64,000 bases of DNA from Chiloscyllium plagiosum (taxonomy: Eukaryota): the NCBI RefSeq assembly GCF_004010195.1, contig NC_057720.1:15454430-15518429 (forward strand), written 5' to 3'. Each line of letters begins with the position of its first letter. The stretch's first letter is position 1. Under the pieces are notes generated by a model. The model ran no database searches. It saw only the letters and a program-made list of their open reading frames with translations, and was not told the DNA's origin. Positions 26,599 to 38,904 of the stretch are shown here, piece after piece. Both the position numbers and the translations under genes were made by a program.

Positions 26599-26937
26599 AA
26601 AACTGGCCAGATTGTAATGTACACTTGATGGTCTAGTCCAGGATCATAACATCATTAAAAAATGTTGTTTATCTCAGGTTATCACCAATCATCATATTCT
26701 GAAATGCACCATTCTAACAAATTATAACTCACAATAAGCATTGGTCTGACCAGAGACAGTCACATCCCATGAACAAACAAAAATAAGTTCATTAAATAGA
26801 CCATCTCCTATAAGTTCATGCTCCTGCTCTCAGCTGTGGGATCTTCCAATGCTTCAAGCATTGTGGAAATGTGCAGTTTCAACCTTGTAAAAATCAAAGT
26901 AAAGTTAAAGGAAACACCTGACAACCACCTGATGAAA

Positions 26938-27043
26938 TGGTAGCTCGGTTGGCTGGAAGTCTGGTTTGCAGTCCAGAATGACCCAAATAGTGTGGATTCA
27001 ATTCCTGTACCAACTGAGTTTACGATGAAGGCTCCTGCTTCTC
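26938..27043 (+). mobile_element. tRNA-derived SINE head (third family)
   Basis: A-box-like tagctcggttgg and B-box-like gattcaattcc; related head on the minus strand at ~26090-26142. Confidence 0.6.
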
Positions 27044-27165
27044 ACTCTGATGAAGGAGCAGCACCTGAAAGCTAGTGCTTCCAAATAAACCTGTTGAATT
27101 AAAACCTGGTTTTGTGTGATTTTTAACTTTGTCCACTTCAGTCCAACATTGTCTCCTCTACATCA
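27044..27165 (+). mobile_element. Single-arm Penelope-derived end, family A
   Basis: ctgatgaaggagcagcacctgaaagctagtgcttccaaataaacctgttg... Confidence 0.85.
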
Positions 27166-27612
27166 AAGGAAGCATCAAAAGAGCACAGTCCCAGCCATAA
27201 GTATTTCATGTGGATAGTTTGCAATCATTAGACCTACACTTCCATGAAATAAGTGATTGTGTCAATAGCTTCCTGTCATGAAAAATGACCACCAAGAGAC
27301 AATTGAGAATGAATATCTGGTTCCAGCAGAACTTATATTGAAATTACATTTTCTCTACTGTTACAAAGTTGAAGGCATGTATTGTACATTTAAGAGAGCT
27401 TGAATGCTATTCTGAACTGAGAGATTACAAGCACCTGTGATGACTAGACAGCAGACTCAGTATGTACTGGAAAATTGAAAATATGTAACATTTGGCTGTG
27501 AAATGGATATTTGAGTTGGTTGCTGTTTTGACAACAATTTGAATTTAACCAATCAGTTTAAATTATGCACCAGGATACTAAAACTCAATTGAGTTTTAAT
27601 TTATTGTTTTTC

Positions 27613-30600
27613 AAACTTACTAGCTATACCTCTTTTGCTCACATCCAAATCATTTATATAAATGATGAAAAGTCGTGGACCCAGCACCGATCCTTGTGAC
27701 ACTCCACCGGTCACAGGCCTCCAGTCTGAAAAACAACCCAACCACCACCCTCTGTCTTCTACCTTTTAGCCAGTTCTGTATCCAACTGGCTAGTTCTCCC
27801 TGTATTCCATGAAATCTAACCTTGCTCACCAGTCTCCCATGGGGAACCTTGTCAAATGCCTTACTGAAGACCATATAGATCACATCTACTGTGCTGCCCT
27901 CATCAATCCTCTTTGTTACTTCTTCAAAAAACTCAATCAAGTTTGTGAGACATGATTTCCCACACATAAAGCCATGTTGACTATCCCTAATCAGTTCTTG
28001 CCTTTTGAAATACATGTACATCCTGTCCCTCAGGATTCCCTCCAACAACTTGCCCATCACCGACATCAGGCTCACCAGTCTATAGTTCCCTGACTTGTCC
28101 TTACCACCCTTCTTAAACAGTGGCACCACGTTAACCAACCTCCACCTGTGACTGTCAATGATACAAATATCTCAGTAAGAGATCCAGCAATCACTTCTCT
28201 AGCTTCCCACAGAGTTCTATGGTACACCTGATCAGGTCCTGGGGATTTATCCATTCTTATGCATTCTAAGACATCCAACACTTCCTCCTCTATTATATGG
28301 ACCTTTTTCAAGATGTCACCATCTATTTCCCTACATTTTATATCTTCCAAGTTCTTTTCCACAGTAAATACTGATGCAAAATACTTGTTTAGTATCTCCC
28401 CCATTTTCTGTGGCTCCACACAAAGGCCGCCTTGCTGATCTTTGAGGGGCCCTATTCTCTGCCTAGTTACCCTTTTGTCCTTAATNNNNNNNNNNNNNNN
28501 NNNNNNNNNNNNNNNNNNNNNNNNNNNNNNNNNNNNNNNNNNNNNNNNNNNNNNNNNNNNNNNNNNNNNNNNNNNNNNNNNNNNNNNNNNNNNNNNNNNN
28601 NNNNNNNNNNNNNNNNNNNNNNNNNNNNNNNNNNNNNNNNNNNNNNNNNNNNNNNNNNNNNNNNNNNNNNNNNNNNNNNNNNNNNNNNNNNNNNNNNNNN
28701 NNNNNNNNNNNNNNNNNNNNNNNNNNNNNNNNNNNNNNNNNNNNNNNNNNNNNNNNNNNNNNNNNNNNNNNNNNNNNNNNNNNNNNNNNNNNNNNNNNNN
28801 NNNNNNNNNNNNNNNNNNNNNNNNNNNNNNNNNNNNNNNNNNNNNNNNNNNNNNNNNNNNNNNNNNNNNNNNNNNNNNNNNNNNNNNNNNNNNNNNNNNN
28901 NNNNNNNNNNNNNNNNNNNNNNNNNNNNNNNNNNNNNNNNNNNNNNNNNNNNNNNNNNNNNNNNNNNNNNNNNNNNNNNNNNNNNNNNNNNNNNNNNNNN
29001 NNNNNNNNNNNNNNNNNNNNNNNNNNNNNNNNNNNNNNNNNNNNNNNNNNNNNNNNNNNNNNNNNNNNNNNNNNNNNNNNNNNNNNNNNNNNNNNNNNNN
29101 NNNNNNNNNNNNNNNNNNNNNNNNNNNNNNNNNNNNNNNNNNNNNNNNNNNNNNNNNNNNNNNNNNNNNNNNNNNNNNNNNNNNNNNNNNNNNNNNNNNN
29201 NNNNNNNNNNNNNTGAGCCATGTCTCCGTAAATGCTATGATATCCCAGTCCCATGTTCCTAACCATGCCCTGAGTTCATCTGCCTTCCCTGTTAGGCCTC
29301 TTGCATTGAAATAAATGCAGTTTAATTTATTAGTTCTACCTTGTCCCTTTCTGCCCTGACTGTTTGACTCGCCTTTGTTTTCAACTGTACCAGTCTCAGT
29401 TTGAAATGTTTCCTCACTATTTCCCTCAATCCTGCACCTCCCTCTCCCCCTCTCCCACCTTACTAGTTTAAATCCTCCTGAGCAGCTCTCGCAAAACTCA
29501 CAGCCACTATATTAGGTCCCTTCCAATTTAGGTGCAATCTGCTCTTGTGCAGGTCATTTCTACCCCAAAACAGCTTCCAATGATCCAAAAATGTGAATCC
29601 TTCTCCCATACACCAGCCCCTCAGCCATACATTCACCCTCCGATTTCTGCCCTCAATAGCTTGTAGCACCGGGAGTAATCCAGATACTACTACTCTCAAG
29701 GACCTCCTTTTAAAATTCCTGCTTAACTCTCTGTAATCTCCCTTCAGAATCTCAACATTTTCTCTTCTTATGTCATTAGTTCCAATGTGTACTATGACCT
29801 CCTGCTGGCCCCTCTCTAAGACATTCTTGATCCTGGTACCAGGGAAGCAACACACCATTCTGATTTTACACTGCTGGCCACAGAAACATCTGTCAGTACC
29901 TCGGACTAGAGAGTCCCCTAAAATAGTTGATCTCTTGGAACCTGACATATCTCTCATTGCATTAGAGCCAGTCTCAATACCAGAAACTTGGATGTTCGTG
30001 CTTTGTACCCCTGAGTGTTCATCACCCCCTACATTTTCCAAAACAGCATACTTGTTTGAAATGGGGATAGCCACAGAAGACTCCTGCACTGCCTGCCTAC
30101 CTCTCTTACCTTTCCTGGAGTTAACCCATCAATGTGATTGTTTCTGAGACTTTCCCCCCTTCCTATAACTGCCATCCATCACATCCCCTTGCACTTGTAA
30201 ATTCCTCATTGCCTCTAACTGTCTCTCCAACCAATCCATTCGATCTGATAGAATTCCCAACCAATGGCATTTATTGCAGATATAATCCTTAGTAATCCGT
30301 AAACTTTCCCTAAACTCCCACATCCAACAAGAGGAGCCTATCACTCTACTAGGGGCCATTTTGCTTCTTTTAATCTACAGATCCAAAAAATAGCACTTCC
30401 TTATTCCTCTACAAAACACTGCTCCAGGTTAAATTAATACTTATGGTTTATATTTTACGTTTAATCAAGAGACATAGTTCAATAAACCATGTAATCAAGA
30501 AAAAACCCACTCGACTCACAACTGCAGACTTATTTTAAAGCCACGCTTAAAATCCACTTCTCTGCTTCTGTGCGGTGACCTTTCCCAAACAGGTTCCTCC

Positions 30601-30920
30601 AAGATCAGTTGTGAATTTCACTGTTTGTTACTCCAATGTTCAGCGATACATGAATTCAACAGCAAAGGCAGTAACTGTTAACTCTGTCAGTTAGCAATGT
30701 GGGTTTCTTTCTCTCTCTCTCTCTCCTGCACTGACCTCACCATGTCCTTCCTTTGTCTGTTCTTCTCCCTTTTAAAACTGCTATTGTTTTGACTTTTTTT
30801 TTAAACCAAAGTTCCAAAACAATGCAACTGCTGTAATTATTACTCCTCGTATTTGAGGAGATCACCTCCAACATCTAAAATAACTCAAAAAAGGAGCAGC
30901 TGTTACATCCAGAAATTTTT
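27613..30920 (-). mobile_element. CR1-type LINE with 5'UTR, ORF1 and 5' part of ORF2 (3' end missing)
   Basis: EN start FNARGL..DIIAFTETWL (~29215-29310); RT GNYRLVSL, QHGF, SCLTNLIEFFE, FSKAFDKVPH (27650-28138); gap N at 28486-29213. Confidence 0.92.
29463..30359 (-). pseudogene. Frameshifted CR1 ORF1: zinc finger/coiled coil + SGNH esterase
   Basis: SSCWMWE..DYICNKCH (30129-30359); ILGDSLVR, VHIGTND and LHL esterase blocks (29463-30089). Confidence 0.85.
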
Positions 30921-32189
30921 ATTTGCAGTCAAAAGAAAGAGGACAAGCCAGAGAGATCATCAGCCAGAAAAAGACAGACACGGAAGACAACAGCTGTTGT
31001 GTGATTTTGAAATTAAGTTGATCTAATTTTAGTTAGTGTTTTATTGGAACAGTATGTTGTTATAGAGTTAGAGACAGATAATAAGCAGTTAAGAGAAAGA
31101 GGGGCTTGAAGTTGTGAATAGTTGTTATTTATGTTCACTTTTAGAGTTAAAGAATAAATTGATATTATTTTCTTTAAATAGTGAAATTTGGGCAGTTCTC
31201 TGTCACTCATATTTTAACAGATTATGAGGCAAGATGAGCTTTTCTGGTTATTTGGTTTAATTAACAGAAGGATTCACCGCCCTGTCATAACATCTACAAA
31301 ATTTGTGTAAATATTTTTGGAAGTCCAGCAATAGTTAAGGGTGCAAACATGCATCATCAAACAGAGCAATCCAAACCCTGGTAAACGGGCCAACAGTGAC
31401 AGGAGGAAAGGTGTCTTTAGACAATGAGTCATTGGGATTCCGTGAGAGGTTGGTGGAGGCAGCTTCAATCATAGTTTTCAAAGGGGAATTAGATAGTTAT
31501 ACAGAGAAGCAAAGAATTGCAGGGCTGGTGGTGATGAGGCATGTGGAGCGTTGCTTTACAGACATTGCATGTGGACACCATAGGCTATTTCTGTCTTGTA
31601 ACCATTTCATGATTCCACATCCCTTTGAAAAGGAAGCCAGTCAGGCTATTGAGACTGTGTTAGATCTTTCCAAAGACTTAGTTGGCTAGTTCCACTCTCC
31701 TGCCCTTTCCCGAGATCTCAGTAATTATTTTCTTCTTTGAGTAGCTGCTATTAAATATGTTAGTCCATTTCAAATCTTGATCCACCACTGTGTATTGTCT
31801 TTTTGCAGCTTCTAGTCCTTTGGACAGTGACCTTAAACCTATGCCAGCTGGTTAACAGAGTCCTTTCAGGCAGGAGCACAACTATTATAACTTGGTTGGA
31901 GCTCCACCAATGTTGCCTTAAATCTCAGGACATCAACATTTCAGCTCGACTTGGAACACCGACCGCTTCAACCCTACCCCACCCTATCACCCCACTACTA
32001 TTTGCGAGAACCTAATCAAGAACTTTCATGGTTCGTGACACAAAGATAATTTTCAGGTTGAGACCAGTCCGCATTATGTTAAATGTAGAAGTGAGATTGG
32101 GCCATGGGTACAGTGAGCCCGAAGTGGCTGACATGGAGACCTGGCTGATCTTAATGATGATATACTCACACTGGAGGGGTGCAGAAGAG

Positions 32190-32672
32190 GTTCACCAGGT
32201 TAATTCTGGAGTTGAGAGGGTTGGCTTATGAGAGAGATTCAGTAGACTGAGACTATACTCAATACAATTTAGGAGAATGAGTGGGAATCTTATGGAAACC
32301 CCATATAAAATTAGGACGGGAACAGATCGGATAGAAGCAGGGAGGTTATTTCCACTGGTGGGTGAAACCAGAACCAGGGGCCGTAGCCTCAAAATAAGGG
32401 GGAGCAGATTTAGGCCTGAGCTGAGGAGAAACTTCTTCACCCAAAGGGTTGTGAATCTGTGGAACTCTCTTCCCAGGGAAGCAGTTGAGGCTACCTCGTT
32501 GAATATACTTAAGGCAAAGATAGATGGATTTTTGAACAGTACAGGAATTAAGAGTTATGGTGAGCTGATGGGTAAGTGGAGCTGAGTCCATGAAAAGAAC
32601 AGCCGTGATCTTATTGAATAGTGGAGCAGGATCAAGGGGCCAGATGACCTACTCCTGCTCCTAGTTCTTATG
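32190..32672 (+). mobile_element. CR1-type LINE 3' fragment
   Basis: ORF 32277-32585 RTRG..RRNFFTQRVVNLWNSLP. Confidence 0.9.
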
Positions 32673-33644
32673 ATCTAGACATCTAGAGCTAAGATACTGA
32701 TGGCTGTGGGTGAACTACTAGAAAATTGGATTTGATTCAATAGATGGTCATTTTTGGCTGGATCAGCTTTTTGCGGTCCTGTAAACCTCCATGACTCGAT
32801 GATTCTGGATTGGGGGTGACTGTGGTGAGCCATTCCTACCTTTCCTAGCCCACAACAACATCTGAAGCAAAAACTGAAATCATTTCCCTTAATTTCAGGC
32901 CAACAATCTCTGTCCATCTAGCTTAATAAGGAAGAGATCCCCGTTTCTGCTTCCAGTTAAAAAAACAATGATGTAATGGATCCTGACCAGTGAAATTAAA
33001 CAGGAACTTGTCAGCTTGGACCACGCTGTCTTGCTCACAGGAAGAGGCTACCCAATGAGGAGGGATTATAGCCAAGTGTCCAAATGAAGTAGATAACAAC
33101 AGTTGAAATTGAGAGTGATGCATGGAATAAGCTGCAGGTTAAAGCCGGGGGAAAAAAACCCAGAATTATTTCAGAAACAGTTAGTCGCTACAATGAGGTA
33201 GATGTTCAGATTTTTCTGGATGAACTATAGTGCATTTTATTGACTGCCTCATAGAGAGTCATGGAATTTTATTGGAGCAGAAAGGGAGCTATTGGCCCAG
33301 GATGTATATATCATATCAACAGCTACCATCTGTATGTTGCTTGTAACCTAAAAAAAGTTCTTTTTTTTAAACCATAACAGTTTGTATTTTTTGTGATGAC
33401 AATAATATAATCACAAGGATGGTCTCAGCCATTTACTGAATCTAATGAAATGTTAAATGCATTCTTTGTATTCATATTTGTAATTTTCATTTTAAAAAGG
33501 AACAGCAGAAGTCTCTCTAATGAGCGCTGTAACTGGTAAATATATTCATTTTGTTAAAACTACTTTACAGCGTAACATACAACTTGCTTTGTTACCACTG
33601 ACTTTGTGGAAAAGGAACATTTCAATTAAAAACTTTGGAATATG

Positions 33645-33910
33645 TTTTGTGTAAAACATCCGCTCCTCATATCCTTTTTAAATCTTTCTCCTGTCACCTT
33701 GAAAAATGTGCTCCTTAATTTTGAACTCCCCCATTCTAGGAGAAAGATCCTTGTCATTCACTTTATCTATGCCCCTCATGATTTCATGACTCTCATTAAG
33801 GTCACCCCTCAAACTCCTATGCTCCAAGTGAAAAAGGTCCCAGTCTTTCCAGTCTGTATTTATATCCCAAACCCTTTGTTCCCAACAACATCCTGGTAAA
33901 TCTTTATCCA
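33645..33910 (-). mobile_element. CR1-type LINE fragment
   Basis: SLRGDL..IMRGIDKV in ORF 33678-33917. Confidence 0.75.
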
Positions 33911-33999
33911 ACATCACTTAAATTTGGCTCTCTTTTCCTTGTATTTTAGCAGTGAGGAAACATCAACATTACTTGATTGCTTTGAGATGTTCTGAGAAT

Positions 34000-35015
34000 A
34001 TGAAATGGAGTCGCAGGTAGATAGGATAGTGAAGAAGGCATTTGGTATGCTAGTCTTTATGGGTCAGTGCATTGAGTACAGGAGTTGGGAGGTCATGTTA
34101 CGGCTGTACAGGACATTGGTTCGGCCACTGTTGGAATATTGTGTGCAATTCTGGTCCCTTGCAATAGAAAAGATGTTGTGAAACTTGAAAGGGTTCAGAA
34201 AATATTTACAAGGATGTTGCTAGGGTTCATGATTTGGAGATGTCGGTGTTGGACTGGGGTGTACAAAGTTAAAAATCACACAACACCAGGTTATAGTCCA
34301 ACAGGTTTAATTGGAAGCACACTAGCTTTCGGAGCACCGCTCCTTCCACCTGATGAAGGATCAGTGCTCCGAAAGCTAGTGCTTCCAATTAAACCTGTTG
34401 GACTATAACCTGCGTGTTGCGTGATTTATAACGTTGCTAGGGTTTGAGGGGTTGAGCTGTCGGGAGAGGTTGAATAGGCTGGGGCTGTTTTCTCTGGAGC
34501 GTCGGAAGCTGAGGCGTGGCCTTATAAAGGTTTGTAAAACCATGAGGGGCATGGATAGGGTAAATAGATAAGGTCTTTTCCTCAGGGTGGGGGAGTCCAG
34601 ATCTTGAGGGCAAACGTTTAAGGTGAGAAGGGTAAGATTTAAAAGGGATAACTTTTTCACACAGAGCACAGTGCATATATTGAATGAGCTGCCAGAGGAA
34701 GTGGTGGAGGCTGGTATAATTTCAACACTTAAAACATCCCACTTGACACTCCAAGCTCTGAAAACGTGTGATTTCAAATAAACTTGTTGGATTATAACCT
34801 GGAGTTGTGTGACTTCTGACTTTACCTACTTCAGTCCAACACTGGCACCTCTACAACATTTAAAAGACATCTGCATGGGTATATGAATAGGAAGAATTTG
34901 GAGAGGTATGGGCCAAATGCTGGCAACTGAGACTGGATTAATTTAGGATAGCTGGTCAGCATGGATGAGTTGGACTGTAGGGTCTGATTCTGTGCTGTAC
35001 ATAGCTATGACGCTA
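34000..35015 (+). mobile_element. CR1/HER1-type LINE 3' fragment with two nested Penelope-derived ends
   Basis: KLERVQK.FTRML; nested insertions at 34228-34432 and ~34733-34852. Confidence 0.9.
34228..34432. mobile_element. Palindromic Penelope-derived element, family A
   Basis: TSD gttgctagggtt at 34216-34227 and 34433-34444; arms meet at ~34345 (gctccttc|cacctgatga). Confidence 0.9.
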
Positions 35016-35024
35016 TGATATATA

Positions 35025-35430
35025 CAAAAGGACTTCCATTAATATGTTGCTTTTGAAGACATCCTACAGCCAATGATGTACTTTTGAAGTATAGTCATTG
35101 TTATAACATTGGACACACAAGTAATTTACGCACTTCCTCAGAAATAGAACAGTGACAGTGACCAGATAATCTGTTATGGTGATGTTGGATGAGGACAAAT
35201 TTTGACCAGGACACAGGGGACAACTCCCTCCCCTATTCTGGAATCCTTTACCTCCAGCTAAGAACATAGACAGAGCTTGTTGCATGTGAAAGACTGCCCC
35301 TCAAACAGTGCAGCATTCTCTCAGTTGGAGTGTTGGTCTACAGTCTGCACTTGATTCACTAGAGTGGGACTTGACTCCGCAAACATCTGACACCAATCCA
35401 GGAATGTTAGCGCTGAAACCACAGCTGAAT
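35025..35430 (-). mobile_element. Deu-domain SINE (SacSINE1/AmnSINE-like), degenerate
   Basis: gaaagactgcccctcaaacagtgcagcattctctcag resembles the Deu core; B-box-like gtgggacttgactcc on the reverse strand; family named from recall. Confidence 0.6.
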
Positions 35431-36451
35431 CTGGCTTTCTGTAAATCATATGAAGGGATGCAAAGAAACTTTGCTCAATTCCTTTCACAGATTATATAAA
35501 ACATCCAAACAGTATTTAGCTGCTGGAATTTTAAGTGCTGAATATTAAACAGGTAAGATATTTCCTAACTCTTTGAAATAACTTCTTATTTACCAGATGT
35601 CACTCCAAACTAGTGTGCTGTATTTGATATATAAGGATTAAATATTTAAGAAATTAAAGCTGGGTTTGCATGAGACAAACTATTAATTAAATATACCATA
35701 AATGCCAGCATGATAATTGCTTTGCCACCCACATATGATGATTACTTTCAAAGGCACTATATTTGAATATTAATTTTTGCATGTCTTTGTTATACCCTGA
35801 AAAACTCTCATGCAAACATATCCGGGAAGAGTAAATATTGGATCTGGGACTAAACTCATGGCTGCATCTTCCACTACACACACAAAGTGGGATTTGAGAA
35901 AGGATTTAGGTTTTGGAGTCTCCTAATTAACTATCACTAATCAGGCTTTCTGGTGAGGGTCACTTACTAGTAGTAATTTGAGATATTAAATTGCATGTTT
36001 TTGTTTGTTCAGATTGGTGAGCTAAATTTGATCCTCTTTAATATTGCTGCAAATATGCAAATCGCTGTTTCATTATATTTTGCAATTTAAAGGAGACTAA
36101 TTTAGCAAAAATGACAAGTGCTCACCCTTGTCATTCAAACTTCCTCATGCTGCAGTAAACTGCTTACCTTCATGTACAGGTTTTCAGTTGCTAAGCATGC
36201 AGTCACAAACTGCTTTCTGTTTCAAAACAAATTGCTTTTTAAACAATACTTTAGAAAGGGAAAGCTCGTATTTAAAACAGCAGAAATCACATTACTGACA
36301 CTTGTAAGCTGAATAACTCGAAAAAATTATTATGAAAATTATCAGGGTGAAATGACGTTTTGAGTTTAGATGTTAAAATTGGAAGATTGCACACTCAAAA
36401 TTTCATTCCTTTTTTAGATGCTAATAAGGGGAACAATACGATAAACTAATC

Positions 36452-36752
36452 ATAGATAGAATCCCTACAGTGTGGAAGCAGTCCATTTGACCCATTGAGT
36501 TCCCACCAACCCTCCGAAGGGCATCCCACCCAGATCCACCCCTGTAATCCCCATGGCTAACCCACCTAGCCTGCACACTATGGTACATGTAGCATGGCCA
36601 ATCCCCTGAATCTGCAAATATTTGGACAATGAGAGGATACTGGAAACCCATGCAGACATAGGAAGAATGTACAGATGTCACCCAAGGCTGGAATTGAACC
36701 CAGGTCCCTAGAGCTGTGAGGCAGCAGTGCTGACCACTGAGCCACTGTACTG
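36452..36752 (-). mobile_element. HE1-type SINE
   Basis: aatccctacagtgtggaa tail; ggcagcagtgctgaccactgagccac head. Confidence 0.88.
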
Positions 36753-36869
36753 ACCTAATGGTGAATTTAAATGAATAGGTTTAGTGAAAACTTCTCATCG
36801 CAGCAGGGAACAATAAAAATAAAATAAGTGGTTGTAATTCATGACATAAATACTGATATTTATTAAAAT

Positions 36870-37385
36870 GGATGTAAGTTTGCTCGCTGAGCTGGAAGGT
36901 TCATTTCCAGACGTTTCGTCACCCGACGCGGTAACACCTTCAGGCGAAGCATTGTTGATAATTCCTGCTTTCTATTTATATGTTCCAGTTTCTTTGGGTT
37001 GGGGATGTCATTTGCTGTGGTGAAGTCATTTCCTGTTCCTTTTCTCAGGGGGTTGTAGCTGGGGTCTAACTCGATGTGTTTGTTGATAGAGTTCTGATTG
37101 GAATGCCATGCTTCTAGGAATTCTCATGCATGTCTCTGTTTGGCTTGTTCTAGGATGGAAGTGTTGTCCCAGTCGAAATGATATCCTTCCTCATCCGTAT
37201 GTAAAGATACTAGTGAGAGAGGGTCATGTCTTTATGTGACTAGTTGATGTTCGTGTATCCTGGTGGCTAGTTTTCTGCCTGTTTGTCCAATGTAGTGTTT
37301 GTTACAGTCCTTGCATGGTATTTTGTTACTTACATTACATCCAAAACCTCAACCTGAGCTACAAATCTGCTCAAAACTCGCTAAA
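36870..37385. mobile_element. Penelope-like element family C (minus arm with GIY-YIG fragment, short plus tail)
   Basis: Minus strand CNKHYIGQTGRKLATRIHEHQL; inverted tail at 37336-37383; near-TSD atttattaaaat / atttactaaaat. Confidence 0.88.
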
Positions 37386-38904
37386 ATTTACTAAAATAAA
37401 ATAATTGCACAATTAAGAACAGATAAGTATACAAACGTCACCATGTGTTACAAAATTCAGGCATCCTTAATTTACAGAATAAAAGTGGAAGTTATAGTAC
37501 TGTGGGGTTTGTAAAAACATGCATGGATCATATCTATAGATTTGGGTGAAAATTAAGGAAATGGGGCAAGAATGCCAAGGTTGAGATTGTTGATTTTGCC
37601 TAACCATTGGATGACTAGTGGCTTGAAGGAATAGCGAGGATCCTGAGGCCAATTCTTTTTGAGTGGTTTCGATTTATGTGTTCCAAATTCAAGCCAAGCC
37701 CTATCACTACAGTGGCGATTTGCAGAACAGAATGCTGAAAATTTGAAAATAAAATAGGACACTGTCACACAGTGAGTAGTATGTCCTCCATGTTTGTCTG
37801 GTTGGATAGGGACACTCTTGCATGACTCTATTTTTATTTACCTAACTGTATATACCTGCAATGGTGGCTGGATATTACCTGCCACTGTTGAGGTGGGTAT
37901 CCAGACCACCATCTTCCCATCAATCCCTAAGCTCACCCCCATAATATGGAGATTCATATAATAAATATGTAAATAAATAATTAAACATCAATTGATCTTA
38001 CTAAAAGCTCAGTTGACCCCAGTATTACTAGTCACCATCATAATATGGTTGACATGGGAGGTGGGCAACTCTTTTCTTTCTAAACATTTTGAACTGGCGC
38101 TAAGAATGGGACCACTATCTTTGGAAGGTGTCCATTGCCCAATAATTCCCTCCTACCTTAAAGCACACCCCTTTCCATCTCCATGTCCCCTTTCCTCTGG
38201 TGGTTGAACACTCCCAGCTCATGCCCATCACATGGTTGGGTGTAGAATTCCTCCAGGCCTTCTTTGTGGGCCTTCCTGCAGTCCTGGTAGTGTCCACTAG
38301 GGAGCTCTGGCACTGTTGGAGTTGCCCAACAGCGCAGCCTGAGCAGAGCTTGTTTACAAATCTCTCAGTGGCCAGGGTTCCTCTGTCTCCCTAGACACTG
38401 CGCCAACTCATAACCCTCTGAGAAATCTGCACTCATCCAATTCTTGCCTCTTGATCATCCCTGATTTTAATTGCCTTACCCTTGAGGCCTGTGCCCCCTA
38501 CTACTCAAACCCTGAATCTTTCTGACTCCAAACCCTTCTTTCTTGTTTAAGGTGCTTCTTAAGACTCCTCTTTGAACAAGCTTTTGACCATTTGCCCTAA
38601 GAACTCATTATGCAGCTTGGTGTCAAATACGAGGCTCTCTTATGGTAGTCTTACAACATTAAAGGTGCTATATAAATGCAAGTTGCTGAAACTGCATGAG
38701 GAATGAAGGATGCTAGAATTGGAAGATTTAAGCAGGAGAAGTCTATGGTAGTGCCTAAATCTAACACATGCCAGTCAGAGAGCATTTTTTTCTCTTTTTC
38801 TTATGGAATAATTTCATATCATCATTCTAAAAATGTAGAGAAAATTTATCAGCTTGTCAAAGAGGTGCTTTAAATGGCTCTTTCTTATACTGTGATAGAA
38901 TTCT

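Larger units (their letters stand above)
27359..31292. mobile_element. Solo LTR interrupted by a CR1 LINE
   Basis: Starts TGTTA (27359), ends TAACA (31292); 5-bp TSD tctac at 27354-27358 and 31293-31297; LTR pieces at ~27359-27612 and ~30921-31292. Confidence 0.65.
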
